Shown here: positions 39,401 to 51,850 of the stretch, in pieces
Numbering within the stretch: position 1 is the first letter of the stretch
Layout: each line of letters starts with the position of its first letter
NCBI GenBank assembly: GCA_051294905.1
Contig: CM119374.1
Location: 21,638,001-21,702,000, forward strand
Reading direction: 5' to 3'
Length of the DNA stretch: 64,000 nt
DNA from: Botryllus schlosseri
Taxonomy: Eukaryota
Position numbers and translations under genes: made by a program
Notes under the pieces: model-generated
Told to the model about the DNA's origin: nothing
Database searches by the model: none
The model's input: the letters and a program-made list of their open reading frames with translations, nothing else

Positions 39401-39975
39401 CTTGAAAATTGATTTCAAAGAAAAGAATTTGGATGCATTCTGGATAGAAAGACTTCAGGATGCACCAACATTGGCCACACGGGCATTGAATGTTCTCATC
39501 TCCTTTTCGACATCATATCGTTGCGAACAAGGATTTTCGACCATTGTAGGGTTGAAAACCAAAAAGCGGAATCGCCTGGATGTCGAAAACGACGCAAGAA
39601 TTGCCCTCAGTACAACCAAACCCAGAATTGCAAAGCTAGTGGTAGATATGCAAGCTCAACCTTCGCACTGATTGAATATTATCTTTGTCATTCCACGACA
39701 GTTGTCTTGGTGTTTGCTATCCCTTGCTTGCATTTGTTCCTTGGCAACGAACGTCTGCAGCCTTTTTCCACTGATAAACCAATTTATTTCTCTTTCAAAC
39801 TTGATGTCGCTTTTTCTCAGGTCGGTCTCTCCCTCAGGTAAAACTCCCATCCTGGACTGGACGATCGTTTTTGAGTGTTTAGTGATGAAACGTGGTTTTG
39901 ATGGAAGAGGGGGGTAAAAACCTGTCTGGAAAGTCTGGTTTTGGGTAACGGGGAGAAAAAGGTTGGGAACCACTG
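36449..39975 (+). mobile_element. Autonomous hAT DNA transposon, Buster subfamily
   Basis: 16-bp perfect TIRs CAGTGGTTCCCAACCT / AGGTTGGGAACCACTG; perfect 8-bp TSD GTCTAGAC (36441-36448 and 39976-39983, nnnTAnnn); full transposase ORF inside. Confidence 0.97.
37869..39671 (+). CDS. hAT (Buster/ZBED5-like) transposase, intact
   Basis: BED finger CVIC...HLMKRH; FSLQFDESTD (D); ISVDG (D); HCALH; RWLSRG; RCEQGFS (E); no stops. 600 aa from MPGKKRHY; an in-frame ATG also exists at 37821. Confidence 0.95.
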   Translation: MPGKKRHYAEAFLNHGFVNTPQLNGDDRPQCVICLKVLTNESLKPSKLNEHLMKRHPLLAGKSRGYFEGKSKQLRGIQFGSGGMASEKLTAAVEVSYEVAYRIAKSSKNHTIAEDLIMPCTKLIVSKMCGEDQAKKLEGVSVSNTTIRRRVDDLAADILAQVVAEVKASPHKMFSLQFDESTDVSSCAVLLGYVRYIHEYSVKEEFLLAKNLKTTTKGEDIFNLVNDFLGMHGLEWNNVQQISVDGCPAMMGGNRGFRGFVQRENSDIHVDHCALHRYSLASKSLPESLKIVFDQAVKVVNFIKAKELNSRLFKELCKEMGQKYEALLYHTEVRWLSRGKVITRLFELREAVEIFLIEKKSGLAEYFSDPHWIAQLGYLADIFVELNKGNLSIQGKCVTVIHSKEAVAAFIAKMKLWIKRVNRGVLAQFPTLDMYLEGLETENEPDFTEALKGNIADHLGQLVEKMEEYFPDLDTTNMGWLTEPFRCLDSQVDDDDFPAKEEFIALRMSEALKIDFKEKNLDAFWIERLQDAPTLATRALNVLISFSTSYRCEQGFSTIVGLKTKKRNRLDVENDARIALSTTKPRIAKLVVDMQAQPSH

Positions 39976-40067
39976 GTCTAGACACTAGGGATATCAGTTC
40001 ACTGAATAATAAAGAAACAACAGAATATAGTAAATAGAAAGCATCTCTCATACTACACATATTGGTA

Positions 40068-40784
40068 ATGGTTAATAGCCTGCTTTTATGGTCAGCTCCA
40101 CAATCTCATACCTACGACGATATCGTGGAACACTTGATGAAATCGACCACGTTCAGTTTCACAGTGCGCAAAGAAGCACGCGAGCCTTTTAGACACACCA
40201 GCGTCGAGCTACTGTTCGACGGAAAGCCACGCTTCACGGTGAACCGGCGAATTCCAGACAAAACACATATTATTTTCGCAGCGTTCGGAGCACCCGCGAT
40301 TACGTACGTCGAAAAAATCAAAGCAACTCCAACTTTTAATTGCGGAGAAATATTCCGAAGTACAAACAAAGACGAAGCGAAGATGGTGATTAAGAACTTG
40401 CTCGATGACCCAGAAGTAGAATATAAGTTGTGGGAAACGAATTGCCGCGACCACGTCACAAAGGCTGTTCTGAAAGCCATGCAAGGCAAGAAATGGAAAT
40501 ATACCTCAAAACAAGAATGTCTGGACTTCATCTTGCGGGCACGCATGGAGGACAGCAGAATCGTGTCTGCCATGACCATAATTTATGCACTAATTCTTTT
40601 TAATTTATCGGCAAGCCTCATTTTTCTCAATATTGGCGCATTGGCATTTAGTCTAATATTGAGCCACACCTGCCGCACCATGGCCGCCAAATTGGTGGAC
40701 GTTGTTGCAGTCACCTTGTCGATGGACAGCGAGAAGTTATATCAAGGTTCTTTTGCGATAGGGAATAAGTCTTATTTGGATTAA
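40068..40784 (+). CDS. Family copy D, intact ORF (238 aa from ATG 40068)
   Basis: FRHTSVEL and YKLWETNCRDH motifs intact; hydrophobic tail; AATAAA at 40900-40905; a hAT element ends 92 bp upstream of the ATG. Confidence 0.85.
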   Translation: MVNSLLLWSAPQSHTYDDIVEHLMKSTTFSFTVRKEAREPFRHTSVELLFDGKPRFTVNRRIPDKTHIIFAAFGAPAITYVEKIKATPTFNCGEIFRSTNKDEAKMVIKNLLDDPEVEYKLWETNCRDHVTKAVLKAMQGKKWKYTSKQECLDFILRARMEDSRIVSAMTIIYALILFNLSASLIFLNIGALAFSLILSHTCRTMAAKLVDVVAVTLSMDSEKLYQGSFAIGNKSYLD

Positions 40785-41022
40785 TTGTTTTCCACTGTGG
40801 CTTTTTACTTTTACAATATCCTTTTGAATGCAATTTCCGCTTTGTTTTATTTATTTATTCATATGGTCTGATATTTATTACTGTTGTGATACATTTTGTA
40901 ATAAAGCACTGTTTTGAGAATCAAGTATTTGTAATGAGTTTTCGACTAGCGCGTTTGTAACTGAAGTCCAGCCATTTACGAAATATTAGCGTCTAATGGG
41001 AACCCAAGAGTTCTTACTAAAC

Positions 41023-41640
41023 CAGAGGTCTCAAACTCAAATGTGCTCGCGGGCCGGTTTTCCCGTTTTGACGACGCCACGGGCCACAGCACTTATCTTT
41101 ATATCTTTCCAAGTTGGCCTTATTTGGCGGGAATGAATTGTCCTATTGAAAGTGAGCCGATCCAGCAGACTGACAGTAAACACACATCGTCAAAATGTGA
41201 TCTACTCTTGTATCAATGTAGGCCTGGCACGAAAATAATCATCACATATAGAACTATTTGAATAGAATTGTTGTTGTGCTTGATATATAATAATTATAAG
41301 ATATATACACCATATGGGCGGACATATGTATGATGCCATCATAAAAGCTATCGGGTTATAATTTTGCAGCTACTATGAATACTTTGAATTTAGCAGATTG
41401 ATAGGCTAATAGAGACACATCTGATATCAAAACATTTTTGGGTTGAGCATTGTAATTCAAATCCAGGATTCGGGTGTACTTCTGATATGTAGGCTATTAT
41501 TCTCATGGCCTGGCCAAATATCTTCAAATACAGGAGCAGAAAAAAATATAAATATAATATAAATACATTATTGAATGTGTCTTAGTGATTGAAATGTCGG
41601 AACGCCGAACGACCCATTGTTGTTACATCATTGGAGCGTA
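41023..41640. mobile_element. hAT MITE (CAGAGGTCTCAAAC family), truncated copy
   Basis: Left end identical to 21946 for ~30 bp and body similar; right TIR not found. Confidence 0.75.
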
Positions 41641-42699
41641 CCACTACGGTACTCGGTGCCTTGAAGTGGCCTTAATAACATGGTTTAGCAACCAAAGATG
41701 TAACTAACAGATTGCCTATGGTTGCCATAACTACTTGTACTTGCTTAGTTAGCGAAATACCAAGCTGCGACCTTTCGATCTATTACTATTTCCCTGATAC
41801 GCGATTAGTTTGTTGCGCCCATGGTTCTAACAAATTCACGGCATTCCGAGTCAATCCGAGTCCACTCGAGTCATTTTCATTTTGCCATCGAGTTAGTCCG
41901 AGTCTGAGTAATTCTAAGAAAGGTCGCGTCCAAGTCCAACTCACACATTTCAGTCACGAATCGTCTAAGGGTCAGGTTTGGTCATCGTGAATTGTAAATG
42001 TGGCGAAACAGTGAATCTTCCCCTGCATGGTAGCGTTTGCAATAGATGAGATAGTGAAGTTTGCACAAACGCACAAACGCACAGTGCACACCTACATTGG
42101 TCATGATGCCAAGACCTTATACTTCATTATAAATAAGTATGCAATTGAGACAGATTCCTACTCCATATGGTCAATTTTGAAACCTGCCTTCATCTATCTA
42201 TTGATGAAGGTGGCTGTCTTCAGTGTCTAGCTATGCATACAGCAACTGATAGTATTACATAAAGTTATAAGAACCGGCTGACCATAGATAGAGTCTCGCA
42301 TACGTCATAGGAGAGCCGTCAAGTTCATTTAAATCTTCAATGTAACCGCGAAAGTGCTAAGTCTTGTTGTTTACATTGCGCGGAAGACGATTGTGATGAT
42401 ATAGCTCGAACATGGTTTACACAGTCTGATAAACAACCAAAACACTAACATTCTCTTTTTTCGCTATCCTCACGATGTACGATTCCAGACACTTGCGCGT
42501 TTATGAGACATCGATGTAAACTACTCATTATTTAAACCACATGATCACGACTTTGAATAAAACATGTGTTAAACAGTGTTTGAAACAAAAGACTTCACAA
42601 AAATTGTGTTTTTTCAAGTTGTAAAATTATGCCATAATTGTGTAAATCCTTTCCAAAAACATGTCGTATGAGCATACGGACAATTACCAACCGTTATAG

Positions 42700-42962
42700 C
42701 CGACGTATATCGATATGGGATGGTTGGAACCCTCAAAATAGTCGGTTCAACAACAATAGTACATATATCTCGTCAAATGAGCTGTATTTACCCTATATTT
42801 TCAATTGTCAATGTCAATCCGCAACGATGGCACAATTGAATATTCGTGACGTCATGGCTTAAAAACAACAACAAAAATAAAACAATGAAAAACATGTTTT
42901 AAACAAGGGTCTTGTTTAAACATGTTGTTTTTTTATTCAATTTTTGTTTTAAATGCAACCCT
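42700..42962. repeat. Second copy of the 16785-17044 repeat
   Basis: Shares tatatcgatatgg..tggttggaaccct and the tttttgttttaaatgcaaccct end. Confidence 0.7.
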
Positions 42963-45900
42963 AGCTGGGCACAATGATTCGAGTACTCGAATCTGAATCG
43001 AGTATTAATTTTAATGATTCAAGTCGAGTAGTAAAAGACGATTTTTTCGAGTACTGAAATTATACTCTCCTCGCAACCGAAAGTTAATATACTAACGAGA
43101 ATTATAGTTTTTATATTAATTTCCACTGAGGAAGCTTTGAAACCTTGATTGGCCCTGTCACAGCATACGACACATAATACAAAGCTACGAAAGTTAATGG
43201 AAATAACACATTTCCGAAGTCATGATAATGCGTCAACATTGTCAAGAAGTACAATGAAATCGGTATGGTTGAAAAATACCAAAGTATCTTTAACGTGCAT
43301 TATGTTATGCGTGTTGGCATAAAAGGTACATATTTGCATTTTGAGGTAGTTCATTATGTCGTGATGCCATAATGAGAGATACTCGAATACTCGACTCGAA
43401 GCGAAATACTTGATTCAGAATCGAATCCTAGTCACGACAATTCCGCTGCCGCACACCGAGTGGGATGCTTCGCATTTTTCCGCCTCCCAATATTGCGGAC
43501 TCACGCAAATCCGATTTCACAAACGTAAATGGCGGTGTATGTAATTATTGTAATTATAGTCACAATCATTTACCATTAATGTGTGAATTCCGTCTTTCTT
43601 TAGACATGCATGATATTATTATCACGGGTAAAAGTGGTAATTTGCTGCGATGGATTGCGGGTCTGGATTTAATCCCGATTGCTACACAAAATGATCCGCG
43701 CACGACTTCACACTCGGTAATCAAACTCAAAACCAGCGTTAGTCGTTTCGGAACATTTATAAAGTAGTAGTTATCGATGGGTCAGGATGACGAATATTGA
43801 AAATTAATAATTGTGATTCCTACCAAAGCGGTTGGTCATATAGTCCTTTTTTCTGACGTGGATAAAATCTTATCATATGAGAGGTGGCCAGCGAATTACC
43901 ACCATAAAGATACGCAAATTTCCAAACTACCGCGACTAAAGCTTACCCTGTTGTTTATACGGCGTGGTCAAACAGTAACAATGTCGCATCTTAAGGTAAA
44001 GAAAAATGTCGTCAATGTCAAGTGTTGTTATCATTCTGATGCACACCACAATGCTACAGTTTTACGACGCAAAGTCGCTCGAATCTTGGTTTGCTGCTTC
44101 GTTGTTGATGGTTGCGAAATTGGACTTGAAATATGTCTTCGTCTGTCGTCTATAAATGTATCATTACAAGCCGACGGCAGTATATGAAAACGAAATTATT
44201 TATTACAGCAGTTAGGAACTGACGGTGCCTTGACGACACCGCAAACTGTGACAGCTACGTTTCGGTTATAATAACGTTCGGGATGGAATTTCAACTATAT
44301 ATTCTGTCAAATGCCATTAACGTATAGTTCTTCCACGCTACACGTGCAGAGTCGTGCATTCATGCATCCACTGTAATCAGCCGTGTATACTTAGGAGAAA
44401 CGGTACCATTACAAAGCTGCATGCGAGCGATGTCTCGATTCCGTTATTCGGTATACACACTGTTTAGAGAAATCTTTGTAAATTTACCCGAGTTATAGCG
44501 GTAAAGTTGTCCCCTCTGTTATGTTCACGGTAAGCGCCTATTAATAGGAATAAGGGCAGGTCCGAACGAATTTTACTTGGTGTATTGTTGGTACGTTAAT
44601 TCCATATAAAACACGTGCAAACAAGTTACTGGGTTATCTGTATTTACGCCATTGCATCTTAACGTTCGATAATTTTACACGTCTACGGTTTTATTGCATA
44701 TGTGATTTTTCGCTGCTTTAAAAATTGAACAACCTAGGACATCGATGGCCGAGCTGATATCTGAACACAGTGAACGGTGAACACTGATGTGAGCATTAAG
44801 CAATTCAGAATTAAGCGTTGAGCAATATGCATACGGGATTGTGTTTGTTTATAGAGAACAACTCTTGGAAATCCTTTTCTTCCTTCGTTCTGCGACATAT
44901 GTCCATCGTCGATCACTTCCGATTTGAGACAATGCTATCTTATCAACGGAAAATTTTCATTACGAGAAGTACACGGGTTATGAATTCTCAAAGTATAATA
45001 GCCAAATTTATACCCGACCATAAAAAGGCACTATACACCTGAGAAGGATTTACGTCTATATACTTCGCAAATGATCTTGCTCATCAATTTGCATACCAGA
45101 TCAACCCTGTGCAAGGGCGAATCCGAATTGCACCTCAGTATTTCATCACGCGATACCGCAGATCGCAATAGAATCCATCGTGACGTCAAGTCGCTGTGAC
45201 GTATATTGACACCTCGTATAGTAGCTACCACTGACTGAATACATTAGTGACTGATTAAACGCCACTGTAATGGTGTAATCGAATTATGCTGCAATGTCGT
45301 ACCGTAGCTTGGCAGTATATTCATCACAAGTTTCCAGCGGTAGTATAGCAGTGTAGCTACGTGCTTTGTACAACGTTTACTACATGTGTGTTGTTTGTAT
45401 TGATTTGATAACGAGTAGGACTCTATCGCATCGAATAGGGCCGGCTTGCTTATTTCCAGGGTGGGGAAGATAGACCTTTCTAGAACAGTTTTACATGTTG
45501 TACATGTTGTATATTCATTATTTGTATAACCAAATGTCGTGTTTGTATATTGTCGGCTAGCTCCTTATATTGAATGATCATGTTGGTATACCCATAGAAC
45601 TGAACGATGTTGTATATATTTGAATAATGCAAATTCATTGTAAAATAAGTATAGAAGTGGCGCACAAAACCTGTGCCGTGATAAGCGCCACTATCACGAT
45701 TTTTACTTATAATAATAATAATAATAACAGTTTTACCGATTGTATTATGTGTGGTGAGATGTTTCAATTAAGCATATGCGCAATGTGGCATGCATCACAT
45801 AGTTGCGATTTGCGCTAATTGACTGTGCCTTAGTAACTATACCGTAATCCACGTAATAGCGGAAGTTTGTGACACAATGAGAAATTTGCATGCCTTATGC

Positions 45901-46135
45901 GGTATGAAAATTTATGATTAAACTCTATCTGAGTTTCAAATCAGCAATCGAACCATTGTTGGGAAGAACTTAATTAATTGAGTCTGCGCGGCCACTCATC
46001 ATAACCGAGATTACTAATGCCGACGGATGTCACCGTGATGCATGGCGGGGATACGGCGACACGTCAGCTGATTTAAGTACGCCTCCGAAACAGTATACAA
46101 CCGTTCGAGTGACTACGTACTTTATGAAACCAACA

Positions 46136-46195
46136 TCAGCAGCAGTAGTGTTAGCAGTAGTAGTAGTAGTAGCAGGATGAGGAGGAGGAGGAGTT
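46136..46195. repeat. Compound trinucleotide repeat (AGC/AGT/GGA)
   Basis: Expanded relative to the short cagcagtactagtagtag at ~1000-1017 in block 1. Confidence 0.8.
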
Positions 46196-46659
46196 GTAGA
46201 ATCGTGCTAATGGCGGATATCACGTGAACAGTGTTAGTGGGAATGACATTGGAAATGTACTGTCGACAAAATTATTTTTATAAATAGCAGTTTCATTAAT
46301 TTTGATGAAAATAGAATAATAGATAATCGATTTTCGTGAAATATCTATTGATGATCGATTTGAATCACGAATTATTGTCTTTCGCGTCTTTAATTACGAA
46401 TGTCATAACTCGAGAGGCTACCTTTGTTGTTCATGGTACATGTAATTTTGAGACCACTCCATCGCCACGTATGTATAGCTTAAATTGATAGCAGTCATGA
46501 AATGGGATGAGTGTATATAGTCAATATTTTGTAATCATGACTCTTACACTACTATGCCTACATGCCCGTGGAACATTTGACGTACTATATTTGAGCATCT
46601 TATGCTACGTAAAGGGCACTTAGGAATTCTTAGTCGTGAGTATCGTCCGTAGTAGCGGC

Positions 46660-46790
46660 GTCTTATAAAAACCTAGAATTGGGCCGTGCTACAGGTCGAC
46701 AGATACGGAATAAAAAGGAATAAAATTGGCCTGATGTAAATGACCATAGTAGTCGACAAACACCATGAATACCACAGCAACAACAACAAC
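46660..46790 (+). mobile_element. SINE 3' part
   Basis: aacctagaattgggccgtgct...tgtaaatgaccatag...aaacaccatgaatacc(caa)n matches the 35750-35850 tail. Other fragments lie at ~26735-26840 (-) and ~15030-15150 (+). Confidence 0.65.
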
Positions 46791-49700
46791 GTGGGTATAC
46801 AAGCATCCACGACTGTTCAGTGTTCAAGCACTGACGCAGTTGAGATAAGCGATGGGAGGATCTTTCCTCTCACACTTGGTCAAATGGGTGCGTCTTTCCT
46901 TTATTTGGTGTGCCTCTTCTTTGAGGTTTCCTCATATCAGCAGATGTTTCCCGATCAAGACCGTCGTGATGAATGAGTTTGCAAGGTGACCTATTTCCAT
47001 CATAAGTGATGCCATGCATTCCTAGGATTTTATATTTACGAATAAGGAGGTTTTGAGATATCAGAAACTGGATAATAGGTTTTAGCAAGACAAAATACTC
47101 AGTTACTTGTGGCGATCAGAGAAACTCTGAGTAATACTTTTGATGAAGTGATTTGACCAGGACGCACCCGGCTAGACTACATGTAGATATATAGCTTTGT
47201 TTGTAGTCGAGAATAGGTTCAGCGTTGCGACTGGAGAGCACATAAGATACGTGACTTTACAGTAGTCCCGCATACGAAATTTAATTACGCATGGGCATTA
47301 GCATGGATCGCTGAACCCAGCCTAGTGACAGAAGGCCTGATATCATCTCAGGATGTGAAATGTTCTTTTAAGCACATCAGTTTAAACCCTTCGATTTCAA
47401 ATACCACTTGATACTTATATATGTTATATACTTGTTAACCACCTGGAACTTGAAACAGAAAGTGTCAGCGATTACGTAGTATTGATACCTATTACCCGCC
47501 GCTAAATGCGTGAGAGTACAGCATACCGGCGTCTGTTGTCATATTCCGGATATACCGTCAGTATATAAAGCATGTATCCCAATGCGACACAGTAAATTAC
47601 CCCGGTATGTGTAGCAATGTAGCACGTGTAAAATATACTACGTACCCACTAGATTATCGTAAGGTTATATAAGTTATTTTAGGGCCCTGTATAGATGATG
47701 TTATACATTCCGTCAAGACGATAAGACACTTACCTAGCTGTTGTGAAATGAATATTTTACAGTGAAATCATTCCAGAGTGAAAATACTTGAAACTTTTGT
47801 TAAGTAAGGACTTTGGAATTCGCCTGTTACGCGCGTTACTTCGATACTTTGTTATCATTCCCGTGTTATTTACACGGAAATCAGTTATAGCGCGGCTTGA
47901 ACCTGGCACTCAATTTCGTTATATAAAACCGGAATCCACATTATATGATAAAAGTAACTATAGTTTAGTGCTAGTACTATGAGACCAGGATATGAACCTG
48001 GCATAAATGTACAATGAAAGGACTCAACAGCACGTTTTATACACGTGGTTCCCAAACTGATTCGAACGCAACCCAAGTCCAAGCGTATAATCTCCGAAAA
48101 ATACATTTTCATGTTATCAAACATAGTTTTTTCAGGCGAGTGTTGAATAGTAAATGTACAGTTGAACGCAGCTGTAGTAAGCCAAATGATGGTGATGCCA
48201 CTAACATATACTTCCTATTTGCAACAAGTGGCAACGTTTTATTGAGTACGATGCTCACCTATATGTACATAAGTTGTAAGCCCGCTTGGTCTAGTCACAT
48301 ACTCCTTACAAGAAGGTTTCAAGCTGATGGACCCCAAAATAGTTAAAATTGACGACAACCAATGATTTTGCGAGACGAAGCATTGAACAGCTATACCCGC
48401 ATGCCTACCCCTCTAGACCTTGCGCAATATTAGCATATTATGGCTCTTCTTCGTGATGTTTGGTGATATCTTCGACCTCATGATGTAGATTTCTATTATA
48501 GACCAAATGCCAGGCAAATCTTACTGATACATCAAACGTAATATTGTAATGCAAGGGTGAGCACGCACCTTTAATCGGTCTGTATTGTCTTATCTACTTG
48601 TCTACGCGACACAATTATTGGTTAGGACCCGACTCAGTGTACCTGAAAGCGTACACATTAGCTGTAGCAGAGACCAAGCCAAGAACATTTTAAGTATGGC
48701 TTAAACTGAAAAAAACTCGGTACAATTTACGTAACTTTTACGACTACTCTGTTGCGGATTCTAAGATACTTCGAATTAGCGGTGCCGCGACCGAAATTTA
48801 TATTTTTTGGGACCCGTGTTTGGATCGCAAGCCATACGTCGTGGAATGATGTTGCAAATCGAAGAATATAGCTCAGGTGTGACTGCGTTTTAATTGAAAT
48901 CGTTCGTTCCAAACGGTGGACCAATAATAACTTCGTTACTCGAATACGAATGGCGAATTGGTAATTGTTACGTAGGCGTCTTTTCTACTCTCGCGGAAAA
49001 CTAAATTATGCGTTCACCCGACAGTGTTTACAACAACAAATCTGTAAGGATTTACATAATTAAACATTACAAACCAGTTGATTCTTGTTAAATTCAATCA
49101 CAATTTCCACAATGTGCGTCATGCACCAGACGTTTGTATTTCAAAACAGAACATGATGCGTGTCTTTGTGGGAATCCTAGAATGCAAAATTTTTCCGTCA
49201 ACTATATTTGTTTATTTTCATTTGCAGAAAAGTCAGCTGTTACGTAGATGGTGTTGGCAATTGGGTAAATTATGAGAATCATGTTCCGTATTCAAACCTC
49301 CGTAAATTTGTAGTCTAATCTGAAACACCGTGACTCTAACTTCGGAACGCCCCCAGTACTATATTTACACGATAGTAAACTAGTTACATTGCTTCGTTTT
49401 AATCCCCGGTCAGTTATTGCCGACGCGTGGTTGCGTAGTGGCTGCGAGGGTATACGACGGGTTATGCAACAGAGAGCTGGTTGTAAATGTGACGATTCTC
49501 CAAATCGATTGCACTACATTATTGTTTGCAGTAATCTCGTCTGTGGTTTTGTAGGTGAGCATGTCTAACTGCGCGTAAGTGTTGAGAGGTTACAAATTCT
49601 GACTAGCTGATTGGATTGATAGTATTACCATATAATTACCACTAGATGTATTAGGTACGCAAAGTCCAATTAACATCTATTCTTTCTTCTGTTGCGGTTC

Positions 49701-50175
49701 AATTTTTAAAACTGTTCAGAAAAAGGTAACTCAGTGCCAGCATACAATATATTTACGTCTTCATCGCTACCACTCAGTTCAGCGTAAACATGTCTCCCCT
49801 ATTTTCAATATGGAATAGTGTATGAAAATGATCATACGATATTTTATGTGATCCTGTCTGCGACTTTCAAATATCACCAATATACAGAAAACTTAATTCC
49901 ATTTATACGCATCATCAACTCTTTCATGTTATGAGCGTGGGTTCTCGAATATACATTATATGCTACCCAGGAAGCCATGTCCATGTGCAACGCTAGATGT
50001 TGCAGGTATATGACGATGTTGTTTTGGTAAATTTTATTTTACTATGATCGCAAGCAACTTCGTTTTTCTCGTTGTATTTTTATTATTAGCAATTATACAA
50101 TGTGTTGATCGAAATTAGAAATTTGGATTCACCAAAGCTGGTGCTGAGGATAAGGTAGTTTGAATCATACGTAAT

Positions 50176-50521
50176 ATCCGAGTGACCAATCGTATAAAAT
50201 ATGTTTTATCGACTCAACGTGAGTGAGTGTTATTGCTTCATTGTTACGTATGATATTTCTAGAGTACAAAAATACACTTATTATGCAATGTAAGTAATGA
50301 TACAACAATACTTCCAATAATATATCAGTGCAACGTGACTGACCTGACATCCGAGTGACCAATCGTATAAAATATGTTTTATCGACTCAACGTAAGTGAG
50401 TGTTATTGCTTCATTGTTACGTATGATATTTCTAGAGTACAAAAATACACTTATTATACAATGTAAGTAATGGTACAACAATACTTCCAATAATAAATCC
50501 GTGCAACGTGACTAACTTGAC
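50176..50521 (+). repeat. 173-bp tandem duplication
   Basis: atccgagtgaccaatcgtataaaa... starts at 50176 and 50349; single copy in block 1 (~5449-5625). Confidence 0.9.
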
Positions 50522-51695
50522 ATACGTACTTGCTGCGAGAAATGTTTAATCAAGCTGTTTGCGGATGCGAGACATCAGAAATCACGACGCAAACTGATAT
50601 TTTGTCACGTAGCACAACAGCATCACCGGAATATATACAAAAAAGTTCCAACTATTGTGAGCTTATTTTTCTCCATTTCATTCAGCGCTGTCATAACGTT
50701 ACCGCGTTAAATAGTTTACAAGTTGGTGCTCGAAATCGATGTGGCGTTCGATATGCGTATACTGTTTTTTTATTACCTATAGTTGGGTAAGTATCCGGGC
50801 CTACCATACGGCAGTACAGTGGTCGGATCATGGCGTGTGTATTGGGCCGAAACCCGACCCGGACCCAGCTTGAACCCGAAGGTCGTCTCAACACATGAGC
50901 TCTGAAATGTTATATCATCGATTATAATCAACTCGACATACTCGAGTGATCATCCGACCCGGTTTAGGCCCTTTTTATTCGCCAACCGGAGTCGAGCTCC
51001 GGCCGGGACCGGCCCAACTGAAATCCGACCAGAAACTGAAAAATCTGGTGCGACTACCCAATCAAAGGCCCCCGTCTCTGAGGCCACAATAAGCTAGCCA
51101 TCGTAGTACAGTCCACTACTGCAATGTATACCTTTATAATTCTTTATAGTGTACGCCCTATCAATGTGTGCGGCGGCATCGGACACGCAACAATATAGAG
51201 ATCGTATGCATATCACACTGACCAGCAATACCGAAATTATGGCAGGATAATAATTCACGATGAATGAGTAATGGACGATAGGTTGAAGGGATCTCGTAAA
51301 CGACAACGATTAAGAAAATTGTAAAGCATTCCAAACCACTATGTGACTACCAAAGTTACAACTTAGCCCGGCGCCTCTAGTGACACGTGTTCATCAAGTA
51401 ATATGTAGTTTGAGTTCGTTACACGAACTAGAAACGTATAAATCGTATGTCACGCAATCACAATCGTGGATTGCAGTGCTTTCCCGCTGCAAAGTCGTCG
51501 GCACACAGAAACTATGCCCTTCGTTTGGCGTCAAAATTCTATTTCAAGACACCGCTCTATGAATAGCCCACAACATTGCACTACAAACAAGGTACACAAT
51601 AGGTGGGCATACAAGAACATCATTCTGTAGTCGCCGTGACGTATTACGTTGTTGTGCCTCTGGTTGCGAGCGAAACTACTTGCTATATCCGACAA

Positions 51696-51775
51696 AACGA
51701 GACTTTCCCGGTATGTATCCGACGGAACGAGAGTTTCCGAGTACCACGCGAGAAAAAGGGGCGCAAGTATATAAA
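51696..51775 (+). promoter_or_regulatory. Putative core promoter of A2
   Basis: AACGAGACTTTCC (51696), AACGAGAGTTTCC (51726) and TATATAAA (51768). Confidence 0.55.
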
Positions 51776-51850
51776 TCAGGCTGAGTTTGGTGCGAGCGAG
51801 TCTAATATACGGAATCAGCTACAATCGGCGCTACTAAAAGAGTATAGAAA

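Noticed and set aside
38436-40579. Antisense ORFs overlapping the transposase and family genes (e.g. 38436-38834, 39047-39418, 40112-40579; also 7124-7342, 13895-14338)
   Set aside because: Shadow ORFs of real coding strands, with no independent support.
44730-45235. Weak reverse-transcriptase-like words on the minus strand (LMSKIICEV, KGFPRV)
   Set aside because: Too degenerate to support without a profile search.
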